Below, one piece after another: positions 18,748-27,396 of a stretch of DNA of 64,000 nucleotides. The position numbers were made by a program, and so were the translations under genes. Under the pieces are notes generated by a model. That model saw nothing but the letters and a program-made list of their open reading frames with translations, was not told the origin of the DNA and ran no database searches. The stretch comes from Longimicrobiales bacterium (lineage in GTDB: Bacteria > Gemmatimonadota > Gemmatimonadetes > Longimicrobiales > Gaopeijiaceae): assembly GCA_965202985.1 (NCBI GenBank), contig CBDBCF010000001.1:576001-640000 (forward strand), written 5' to 3'. Within the stretch, counting starts at the first letter, position 1; every line of letters begins with the position of its first letter.

Positions 18748-18896
18748 CTCCGCCTCCGTTGGGAGTCTCGCTCACATGGCGCGGGTTCGCGGCGACGACG
18801 CCCTCCTCGAGCGGACCGCGCTCCTTCGCCTGCGGACGCGCGCCATTATTGATAAGGTACGCCAACATTACCGCCGCAAGGGATGGAGGTTTCAAC

Positions 18897-20195
18897 TTGG
18901 AGACGCCGGAGTCCCCCGAAAGCGCTCCCGCGGACGAGCCGACACGCGCCGACGCGCCCAGGGACGCCCCCGCCAACCGAAGCGCGCCTGCGCCCTTGGC
19001 CGGCGTGCGCGTGGCCGACTTCTCCCAGAACTTGGCGGGTCCGTACGCGACGCAGATCCTGGGCGACCTGGGGGCGAACGTGGTCAAGGTGGAGCCGCCG
19101 GGGGGCGACCCGGCCAGGCGATGGGGTCCTCCGTTCTTGGCCGGCCAGAGCGCCCTGTTCCAGGCGGCCAACCGGAACAAGCGGAGCGTGGTGCTGGACC
19201 TGAAGACCTCCGCCGGGCGCGCCCAGGCCCAGGAGTTGGCGGCGGGGGCGGACGTGGTGGTCCAGGCGCTGCGCCTCGGCGTCGCGGCTCGGCTGGGGAT
19301 CGGATACGAATCGGTGCGGCGCGCCAACCCCGCGGTCGTCTACGTGTCGGTGACCTCTCACGGCCCGGACGGCCCGTTGAAGGACGACCCGGGCTACGAC
19401 CCGCTGATGCAGGCTCGTTCGGGCCTGATGTCGGTGACCGGCGAGGCGGGCGGCAAGCCCGTTCGCGTGGGCGCGTCGGTGGTGGATTTGGGGACGGGCA
19501 TGTGGATTGCGCTGGCCGTGACGAGCGCCTTGATGGAGCGGGCGCGCACCGGCCGGGGCCGCCATGTCGAGGCGTCGCTGCTGGACACGGCGCTGGCCTG
19601 GATGTCGTATCATCTCACGAGCTTCCTGGTCACGGGAGCCGACCCGCAGCCCCAGGGCACCGCCATCGCCATGATCGCGCCCTATCAGGCCTTCCCCTGC
19701 ACCGACGGAGAAGTCGTGATCGCCGCCGGCACCGACGCCATCTTCCGACGCCTGTGCACCGCGCTGGAGTTGGACCTGGCGTCGGACCCGCGCTACTCGG
19801 ACAACGCCGGCCGCGTGGCGCATCGGGAACCGCTGGCCGCCCGGCTGTCGGAGCGCACGAGGCGCCTTCCCGTGGCCGCGCTGCTGGACCTGTTGCGGGA
19901 GCACCGCGTGCCGGCGGCGCCGATCCACACCGTCGCGTCGGCCCTGGCGGACCCCCAGACGAAGGCGGCCGACATGCTGCGGCCGTGTCCCCATCCCTTG
20001 GCCGAGGACTACATGGACGTGCCCATGCCCCTGCGTTGGGACGGAAGCCGGGCGCCGCTTCGGCGCGTGCCGCCGGAGACGGGCCAGCATCAGGACGAGG
20101 TGTTCCCGGAAGGGGGCGGCGTCCGCTGGGGAAACGGGGACCGCCGGGAAGGCGGGCGCGTCGGCGTCCAGACGCCGGGAGATCGGCCGTGCTGA
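18897..20195 (+). CDS. CaiB/BaiF family III CoA-transferase
   Basis: PLAGVRVADFSQNLAGPYATQILGDLGANVVKVEPPGGDPAR; NRNKRS; GYDPLMQARSG. Confidence 0.95.
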   Translation: METPESPESAPADEPTRADAPRDAPANRSAPAPLAGVRVADFSQNLAGPYATQILGDLGANVVKVEPPGGDPARRWGPPFLAGQSALFQAANRNKRSVVLDLKTSAGRAQAQELAAGADVVVQALRLGVAARLGIGYESVRRANPAVVYVSVTSHGPDGPLKDDPGYDPLMQARSGLMSVTGEAGGKPVRVGASVVDLGTGMWIALAVTSALMERARTGRGRHVEASLLDTALAWMSYHLTSFLVTGADPQPQGTAIAMIAPYQAFPCTDGEVVIAAGTDAIFRRLCTALELDLASDPRYSDNAGRVAHREPLAARLSERTRRLPVAALLDLLREHRVPAAPIHTVASALADPQTKAADMLRPCPHPLAEDYMDVPMPLRWDGSRAPLRRVPPETGQHQDEVFPEGGGVRWGNGDRREGGRVGVQTPGDRPC

Positions 20196-21500
20196 CGCGG
20201 TTGCGCGCCAGGGGCTACAAGTCGCTTGGAGACGTGGAGACGACGTTCGAGCAGCTGTCCGTGCTGTTCGGCCCCAACGCCGCGGGCAAGAGCAACATCC
20301 TGGACGCGCTCCAGCTGCTGTCGAGGATCGCCACAAGCCGCACGCTGAAGGAAGCCTTCGACCCTCCGTACCGCGGAAAGCCCTTGGAGTCGTTCAGCTT
20401 CGGGAAGGGCGGCGTCAAGGAGCACCTGTCCAGAGAACAGTTGCGCTTCACCCTCGAGGCGGACATTCGCCTGTCCGATGCGGTGGTCGAGAGCGTCGAT
20501 CGGAGGATCCGGGAAATGCGGCATCCCGGACGCAAGGGCAACGGTGGCGAAGCTCGCGGAAGGCCGGCGGCGCTAGTCCGGGAGCGCAACCTTCGCTACC
20601 GCGTCGAAGTGGAGATGCTTCCCAGGTCGGGCGTCTTGAGGTTGGCCGACGAGTACTTGGCCGCACTGACCGACGACGGCAAACCGAAGGCGAATCGCAA
20701 ACCGTTCCTGGAACGCAAGGGCGACAAGCTTCACCTTCGCATCGAGAGACAGTCGCATCCGCGGTACTACGATCGCTTCTTGGATCACAGCATCTTGTCG
20801 ATGCCGCACTACCCGCCGCACTACCCCCATGTCGCGGCGGCGCGAAAAGAGCTCGAGAGCTGGATGTTCTTCTACTTCGAGCCGCGGGAACGTATGCGCG
20901 CCTCCAATCCAGTCAAGGAGGTGCGCCACATCGGACTCATGGGCGAGGAGCTCGCGACCTTCTTGAACACCGCAAAGGCCACGAACCCGAAGGGATTCAA
21001 AGGGATCGAGAAGTCGTTGCAGGTCCTTGTTCCGGGAATCGACGGCATCGAAGTGGACGTGAACGAACTGGGCGAGGTCGAACTCCGCCTGCGAGAGGGC
21101 GACGTTTCCGTGCCGGCCCGCGTAGTCTCCGAAGGCACGTTGCGATTGCTAGGGCTGCTTGCCTTGGGCGGGATCGACGAAGCGCCCTCCTTGGTGGGTT
21201 TCGAAGAGCCGGAGAACGGGGGTTCACCCGCGTCGAATTCGCCTGATCGCCGAGTTCCTGAGGACATGCATGCAGCTGAAGACGACTCAGTACATCGTCA
21301 CAACCCATTCGCCGATCCTTCCCGACCACCTGCCCAACCGCTCCCTTCTCGCCGTCCGCCGAGACAACGGCGAGACGCGCGCCGAACCGTTGGCCGCCTG
21401 GGGATCGCTGGCCCGCGGCCAAGCCATTGGCGAGGCTCTGTCCGACGAGCAGGAGCTTTCGATCTCCGAACGGATTATGAGAGGCGACTTCGGTGCATGA
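20189..21500 (+). CDS. ABC-type (AAA_21) ATPase, frameshifted at the G run 21218-21222
   Basis: GYKSL...GPNAAGKSN (Walker A); VSEGT; FEEPENG/VHP (Walker B/D-loop split by one extra G); VTTHSP. Confidence 0.85.
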
Positions 21501-22092
21501 GATCGCCCTGTTTGTGGAGGACGACGCTCACGAGCGCGTGGTGGGCGCCTTGGTGCGGCGAGTCGCCGAGGAGCAAGGGGTTCGGGTCTCGATCAACTGG
21601 CGAAGTACGCGAGGAGGACACGGCCGGGTCGCACGAGAGTTCAAGCAGTGCCTTCGTGGTCTGGAGCGGTCCGACGGTTCGGTTGCCAGCATGGTGGTGG
21701 TTGCAACCGATGCCAACTGCAAGCGACGCTCGCAGCGATCCAAGGAAATCAACGTGGACGCGCCAGTGCCGATCGTTCAGGCCATCCCCGATCCCCATGT
21801 CGAGCGCTGGTTGTTGCTTGACGGAGCGGCGTTCAAGGAGGTCTTTGGGGCAGGATGCCGCGCGCCGGACCGCAAGTGTCGACGCGACCGATACAAGGAG
21901 CTTCTTGTACAGGCAATCCACGCTGCCGGTACCCAGCCGTTGCTAGGAGGGATCGAGTACGCGGAGGACATTGTGAACAAGATGGATCTGGCTCGCGCGA
22001 GCCGCGCAGACCCGTCGTTGGATCAGTTCCTGCGCGACCTGCGGGCCGGACTCTCGCAACTCGCCCGCAGCCCCCTTTCGAAAGGCATATGA
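21493..22092 (+). CDS. DUF4276-like TOPRIM-related protein, partner of the ATPase
   Basis: IALFVEDDAHE...VVVATDAN...AIPDPHVERWLLLD; overlaps the ATPase stop. Confidence 0.7.
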   Translation: MHEIALFVEDDAHERVVGALVRRVAEEQGVRVSINWRSTRGGHGRVAREFKQCLRGLERSDGSVASMVVVATDANCKRRSQRSKEINVDAPVPIVQAIPDPHVERWLLLDGAAFKEVFGAGCRAPDRKCRRDRYKELLVQAIHAAGTQPLLGGIEYAEDIVNKMDLARASRADPSLDQFLRDLRAGLSQLARSPLSKGI

Positions 22093-22093
22093 C

Positions 22094-23503
22094 GTGACTC
22101 GAATCCCTGTTCTTCTCTTCCTTGCCGCCGCCCTGCACGCCTGCACGGCCGACGCCGAACCCGACCCGGATGCTCCTGTTCTCGTCGACGGCGGCACAGT
22201 CGTGGTCATGGACGACGCCGGGACGGTGCTGGAGGGGGGCGCGGTGATCGTGGAGGACTCGCGCATCGTCCGGCTGTTGACCGCCGACGAGCCCCGACCA
22301 TCGGGCGTTCAGGTGATCGACGCGACGGGCCACCTGGTGATCCCGGGCCTGGTGAACGTCCACGGCCACGCCGCCATGTCCCTCCTGCGGGGCTTGGCCG
22401 ACGACCTGCCCCTCATGACGTGGCTGGAAGAGCACATCTTCCCCGTGGAGGCGGAGCTGGTCGCCCCGGAGTTCGTGTACTGGGGCACCCTGCTGTCGGC
22501 GGTGGAGATGCTGCGCAGCGGAACCACCACCTTCGCGGACATGTACTACTTCCCAGACGACGTGGCGCGGGCCGTCGCCCTCGCCGGCATTCGAGCGGTC
22601 ACGGGACCGGGGATCATCGGCTTTCCCGCGCCCGACTTCGCCACGCCCGATGCTTCCTTGGAGTCGGCGCCCGCCTTCTTCGAGCGCTGGGCGGGCCATC
22701 CGCTGCTGACGCTCGGGGTGTCGGCGCACGCGCTGTACACGACGCCTCTGGACGCCGTGGAACAGGCGGTCCGCTTGGCCAACGAGCGCAGCGCCGTCTT
22801 CCAGATCCACACGGCGGAAGACGCAAGCGAGGACTCGGTGGCGCGGGCCGCCACGGGGATGGGCGTGGTGGAGGCGTTGGAGTCGGTCGGTGCGTTGCGG
22901 CCGGGGACGGTGCTGGCCCACGCGATCTACCTGTCGGACGCGGACATCGCGCGGGTGGCGGCCAGCGGCGCGGGGCTGGCGCACAACCCGCAGAGCAACA
23001 TGAAGCTGGGGATCCCGGACGCGGCGCCCGTGGCTGCGGCGCTGGCCGCCGGAGTGCCGGTGGGGCTGGGCACCGACGGCCCCGCCAGCAACAACGATCT
23101 GGACCTGTTCGACGAGATGGACGCGGCGGCCAAGCTGGCCAAGTTCGCGTCGGGCGACCCTTCGGTTCTGCCGGCGGAGACGGTCTTTCGCATGGCCACG
23201 GCGGGCGGCGCGCGGGTGCTGAACCTGCACGACCGGATCGGCTCGTTGGAGCCCGGCAAGCTGGCCGACATCGTGCTCGTGGACGCGGGCCGCCCCGGAC
23301 TGGTCCCCCTGTACCGCGTCTATTCGCACCTGGTCTACGCCGCGCGGGGAAGCGACGTGGCCACGGTCCTGGTCGGGGGGCGCGTGGTAGTCCGCGACGG
23401 CCGCGCGACCACCGTGGACGAAGCGCAGGTGACGGCGCGCGCCCGCGAGTTCGGCGGCAGGGTTCGCGAAGTCGTGGAGGCGGTGAGCGGAGGCGCTCGG
23501 TAG
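22094..23503 (+). CDS. Amidohydrolase, MTA/SAH deaminase (MtaD)-like, with lipoprotein-like N-terminus
   Basis: PGLVNVHGH, RGLADDLPLMTWL, EMLRSGTTTFADMY, HTAE, HNPQSNMKL, GLGTDGPASNNDLD. Confidence 0.88.
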   Translation: MTRIPVLLFLAAALHACTADAEPDPDAPVLVDGGTVVVMDDAGTVLEGGAVIVEDSRIVRLLTADEPRPSGVQVIDATGHLVIPGLVNVHGHAAMSLLRGLADDLPLMTWLEEHIFPVEAELVAPEFVYWGTLLSAVEMLRSGTTTFADMYYFPDDVARAVALAGIRAVTGPGIIGFPAPDFATPDASLESAPAFFERWAGHPLLTLGVSAHALYTTPLDAVEQAVRLANERSAVFQIHTAEDASEDSVARAATGMGVVEALESVGALRPGTVLAHAIYLSDADIARVAASGAGLAHNPQSNMKLGIPDAAPVAAALAAGVPVGLGTDGPASNNDLDLFDEMDAAAKLAKFASGDPSVLPAETVFRMATAGGARVLNLHDRIGSLEPGKLADIVLVDAGRPGLVPLYRVYSHLVYAARGSDVATVLVGGRVVVRDGRATTVDEAQVTARAREFGGRVREVVEAVSGGAR

Positions 23504-23585
23504 CGCCGGGTAAAACCCTACGGCGTCGTTCCTCGTATCTTCCGACGAGGGGTTCGGCGTTCCACCTTGCGGAAAGGAGACCCGC

Positions 23586-24650
23586 ATGTCCCGGAGGCGA
23601 TGGCTTCGCGGTCTGGCCGCGGTGGCTGCGCTGGTGCTGGACTTCTTGGTCCTGCGTCCGGCGGGCGATCCGGACCCGAGCGCGGGAACCGGCCTGCAGG
23701 TCTTTGCGCCGGGCGACTTCGCGGCGGCCATGGCCCTCCAGGAGCGCCACAACCAGGACCTGCTCGCATTGCCCGGCGTGGCGGGGACCGCCGTCGCCTT
23801 GGGGCTGGACGGCCGGCCGGTCGTCAAGGTGTACCTGACCGCGGCCGGCGTGGCGGGCTTGCCGGCAAGCCTGGACGGCCACGCGCTGGCGACCGAGGTC
23901 ACCGGAGCCTTCTACGCCCTGGGCGCCGCGCCTTCCGGCAACGAGGACGCCCCGGATCCCCGGCGGTCGTTCCCCCGCCCCGTTCCCATCGGCGTTTCCA
24001 CCGGACAAGTGGACGTGACCGCGGGCACGATCGGCGCCCGGGTCGTGTCGGGAACGCGCGTGTTCGCGCTGAGCAACAACCACGTCTACGCCAACAAGAA
24101 CGATGCGACCCTGGGCGACCGCATCCTTCAACCCGGACGGGTGGACGGAGGCGCGGACCCGGCGGACGCCATCGGCACCCTTCACGACTACGAGCCGATT
24201 CGGTTCTGCTCGCCGTTCCCGGTCTGCCCCGGCAACCGCATCGACGCGGCCGTCGCGGCGACCACGCCGGGGCAGCTGGGCAACGCCACGCCCGCGAACG
24301 GCTACGGCGTTCCCCGCACTGCAACGGCGACCGCCAAGCTGGGGATGGCGGTGCAGAAGTACGGGCGAACCACTGGTCACACCACCGGGCGCGTCGGCGG
24401 CTTGAACGCGACGATCAACGTCGGCTTCCGCGACGGCACCGCCCGCTTCACGGGCCAGATCGTCATTTCGCAGGCCGGCTTCTCGGGGCCGGGCGACTCG
24501 GGCTCGCTGATCGTGTCGGGCGGGTCCGGGGAGGACAGCCGCCGTCCCGTGGGGCTCCTGTTCGCCGGCAGCGAGACGAGCACCTTGGCCAACCCCATCG
24601 ACTGGGTGCTGGACCGCTTCGACGTTCAAGTGGACGGGGACGGGAGCTGA
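23586..24650 (+). CDS. Exported trypsin-like serine protease with N-terminal pro-domain
   Basis: Catalytic triad motifs LSNNHV, IDAAVA and GDSGS; KYGRTTGHTTG; VGLLFAG. Confidence 0.85.
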   Translation: MSRRRWLRGLAAVAALVLDFLVLRPAGDPDPSAGTGLQVFAPGDFAAAMALQERHNQDLLALPGVAGTAVALGLDGRPVVKVYLTAAGVAGLPASLDGHALATEVTGAFYALGAAPSGNEDAPDPRRSFPRPVPIGVSTGQVDVTAGTIGARVVSGTRVFALSNNHVYANKNDATLGDRILQPGRVDGGADPADAIGTLHDYEPIRFCSPFPVCPGNRIDAAVAATTPGQLGNATPANGYGVPRTATATAKLGMAVQKYGRTTGHTTGRVGGLNATINVGFRDGTARFTGQIVISQAGFSGPGDSGSLIVSGGSGEDSRRPVGLLFAGSETSTLANPIDWVLDRFDVQVDGDGS

Positions 24651-24655
24651 CCGGC

Positions 24656-24874
24656 GTGGACGCCTTCGACCGGGCGCTGGCCCAGGTCGCGCGCAAGGTG
24701 ATCAACCTGCCGGGCGTGGCGGGCACGGCCGCCGGCACGAGCGGGGGCAAGCCGTGCGTCGTCGTTTACCTGGAACGGGACGACGCCGGCCTGCGAAAGC
24801 GCATCCCCGCGTCCCACTCCGGCGTGCCCGTGGTCGTCGAGGTGACGGGGGCGTTCGGTTTGCGCTCGGGCTAG
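24656..24874 (+). CDS. Small protein homologous to the protease pro-domain
   Basis: INLPGVAGTAAG...KPCVVVYL...IPASHSGVPVVVEVTGAF versus protease LALPGVAGTAVA...RPVVKVYL...LPASLDGHALATEVTGAF. Confidence 0.8.
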   Translation: MDAFDRALAQVARKVINLPGVAGTAAGTSGGKPCVVVYLERDDAGLRKRIPASHSGVPVVVEVTGAFGLRSG

Positions 24875-24933
24875 CGCCAGCCTACGTTGCCCGGGGCGCT
24901 TGACGCCGCTCCCCGCCTCTAGGAGGACTCCCG

Positions 24934-26154
24934 ATGATCAACGCTTGCGGCAGGACAGACCGCCGGGCCGCGTTGGCCGTCACGTCCGTGGCGCTTGTCG
25001 GGCTCCTCGGCGGCTGCGCCGACGACGGGTCCTCCCCGGGCGCCGCCGCGGTCGTTCGGGACACACTGCCTTGGGGCGTCGAGCGCGTCGTCAGCTCTCC
25101 CGCCTTGGAACCGGACTGGATCCTCGTCGAAGAGGTGCGAGTCGGGGCCGTCGACGGCGAGGGCCCCGAGTCGTTTGCTTACATCAAGGGGCTGGCGGTG
25201 CTCGACGACGGCAGCACTGCCGTGCTGGATTCCCCGGCGGGAGAGGTGCGCGTCTTCGGCCCCGACGGCGCTCACTTGGCCACGCACGGCCGGGCTGGCG
25301 AGGGGCCCGGCGAGTTCCAGGACGCCAACGGGCTTATGCTGGCCCCGGACGGCCGGCTGTGGGTGCCCGACGAGCGAGCCGGACGCGTATCGGTCTTCGA
25401 TCCGATCGACGGCTTCGTCGAGTCCTTCCGCTTCGAGACCACCAGCATCGGATGGCTGTGGAGCGGCCGAATGGGCTCCGACGGGCGCGTCTTCAAGCCC
25501 GCCACGGAAGGGGAGAGCCCTGGGCGGCGGAACGTCCTTCGCGTCTACGACCAGACGATGACGGAGGTGGTGTCGATGCCGATGCCGGGCAACGCCGATT
25601 TCAGCTTGGATCAGCCTTCGGCCTTTTGCTGGTCGTCGTCCGGAGGCGCCATGGGTTGCATCGGCGTGCCGTGGTATCCGGTGTCGGTCCGGCACATCGA
25701 CCCGTCGGGCGCCGTCTGGACCACCGCCGGAGGCAGCCCCGCCTATCGGATCAGCAAGTGGACGCCCGGCGGGGACACTGCCCTCGTGGCCGTCGTGGAG
25801 CGGTCGCCTGTTTCCGTCACCACAACGGAACGGGACTCGGCGGAGGCGCTGGTCCGCGACAGGATGCCCGAAGGGGCGGAGTTCGATCTGTCCCGAATCC
25901 CCCAGGTCAAGCCGCTGGTGCGGGACATCTTCGTCACTTCCGAGGGGCACGTATGGGTGCAGACTCGCATGCCCGGCTTCGAGACCGCCTTCGACGTGCT
26001 CGCGGCGGACGGCGGCCTCATGGGCACGGCAACGTGGGATGCGCAGCTGGGGTCGAGGGTAGAGCCGGTCGTTCGGAGCAATTCGCTCTGGGCGGTGGTC
26101 GTGGACGAGCTGGGCGTGCAGTACGTGGTCCGAGCTCGGCTGGAGCCTGCATAG
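24934..26154 (+). CDS. 6-bladed beta-propeller (NHL-like) lipoprotein
   Basis: AGGAGG RBS; lipobox LLGGC; GRAGEGPGEF; C-terminal VVDELGVQYVVR. Confidence 0.85.
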   Translation: MINACGRTDRRAALAVTSVALVGLLGGCADDGSSPGAAAVVRDTLPWGVERVVSSPALEPDWILVEEVRVGAVDGEGPESFAYIKGLAVLDDGSTAVLDSPAGEVRVFGPDGAHLATHGRAGEGPGEFQDANGLMLAPDGRLWVPDERAGRVSVFDPIDGFVESFRFETTSIGWLWSGRMGSDGRVFKPATEGESPGRRNVLRVYDQTMTEVVSMPMPGNADFSLDQPSAFCWSSSGGAMGCIGVPWYPVSVRHIDPSGAVWTTAGGSPAYRISKWTPGGDTALVAVVERSPVSVTTTERDSAEALVRDRMPEGAEFDLSRIPQVKPLVRDIFVTSEGHVWVQTRMPGFETAFDVLAADGGLMGTATWDAQLGSRVEPVVRSNSLWAVVVDELGVQYVVRARLEPA

Positions 26155-26156
26155 CG

Positions 26157-27311
26157 ATGGCCGGACGCGCGGTTGGTCGTCGGACGTTCCTGGGGGGCGC
26201 GGCTGCAGCCGTGGGAGCGCTGGGCGTGGCGCCGGGAGGACTGCGGGCGGCGTTGGCGCGCTATGCTCCCGAGTCCCGCTTCTCGTCGCAGGACCCCGGC
26301 GACTACGACGCGATGGCCCGGCTGTCGTCCAACGAGAACCCCTACGGGCCGCTGCCCAAGGCCATGGAAGCCATGGAGCAGGCGTGGAAGTACGCCAACC
26401 GCTACCGGTACCCCGACGGCAACGTGCGGCAGGTCGTCGCGGACTATCTCGGGGTCGACTCGGAGAACGTCCTGTTGACCGCCGGTTCGGAAGAGGTGCT
26501 CAAGGCGGTCGGGAACGCGTTGCTGGGGACAGGCAAGAAGGTGGTGGGCGTCGAGCCTTCCTACGGGTCCGTGTACCGCTACGCCACGGGCATCCACGCG
26601 GACGCCGTCAAGCTGGCCCTGCTGGAGGACCACACCCAGGACGTCCCGGCCATGATTCGGGCCGTCGAGCGGCACCACCGCCAGGTCGGATTCGTCTACC
26701 TGTGCAACCCGAACAACCCTACGGGCGCCGTGGTGCCGGCGACCGAAGTGCGCCGGCTGCTGGACGCAATCCCCGACGACGTGCCGGTGCTGGTGGACGA
26801 AGCATACCACCACTTCGTGGAGGACCCGCGCTACGAGAGCGCCGTGCCCTACGTGAGGGAAGGCCGGAACGTGATCGTGGCCCGCACCTTCTCCAAGATC
26901 TACGGCATGGCGGGGATGCGGCTGGGGTACGCGGTTGCGGCGCCCGAGACGCTGGCGCGGATTCGCACCTTCAGCACGGGGACGATCAACACCCTGGTCA
27001 AGTGGGGCGGCGCCGCGTCGATTCAGGACGCGGAGGGGGAGGCGCGGGTTCGGGCCGAGACGTTGCGCCTGCGCAAGCGGAGCACCGAGCAGCTGGCCGG
27101 CTGGGGCTTCGAGGTGATCCCTTCCGAAACGAACTTCTTCATGGTGCGGACCGGGCGCCCGGTGCAAGAGGTGCGGGCTCGGTTCTGGGACGAAATGGTG
27201 GCCGTGGGCCGGCCCTTCCCGCCGATGCTGGACTGGTTGCGCGTGTCGGTGGGCACGGAAGAGGAGATGGACCGCTTCACCGCTGCTTTCAGGAAGATCT
27301 TCGCGGTCTGA
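26157..27311 (+). CDS. HisC-like class I/II PLP aminotransferase with twin-arginine signal
   Basis: GRRTFL signal; LSSNENPYGP, LCNPNNPTG, DEAY, RTFSKIYGMAGMRLGY, LRVSVG. Confidence 0.88.
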   Translation: MAGRAVGRRTFLGGAAAAVGALGVAPGGLRAALARYAPESRFSSQDPGDYDAMARLSSNENPYGPLPKAMEAMEQAWKYANRYRYPDGNVRQVVADYLGVDSENVLLTAGSEEVLKAVGNALLGTGKKVVGVEPSYGSVYRYATGIHADAVKLALLEDHTQDVPAMIRAVERHHRQVGFVYLCNPNNPTGAVVPATEVRRLLDAIPDDVPVLVDEAYHHFVEDPRYESAVPYVREGRNVIVARTFSKIYGMAGMRLGYAVAAPETLARIRTFSTGTINTLVKWGGAASIQDAEGEARVRAETLRLRKRSTEQLAGWGFEVIPSETNFFMVRTGRPVQEVRARFWDEMVAVGRPFPPMLDWLRVSVGTEEEMDRFTAAFRKIFAV

Positions 27312-27396
27312 ACGGGCTGCGCGAAGGGGAACTGCCCAGCCGGCGCGCACGCGGACGGCCTAGCCGGCGTGCAGGCGCGAGCGTCCGACCGGACCC

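Noticed and set aside
18725..21946. 1073-aa ORF as a single fusion protein
   Set aside because: Only 20189-21220 is the ATPase; the rest is shadow frame over the CoA-transferase and read-through after the frameshift.
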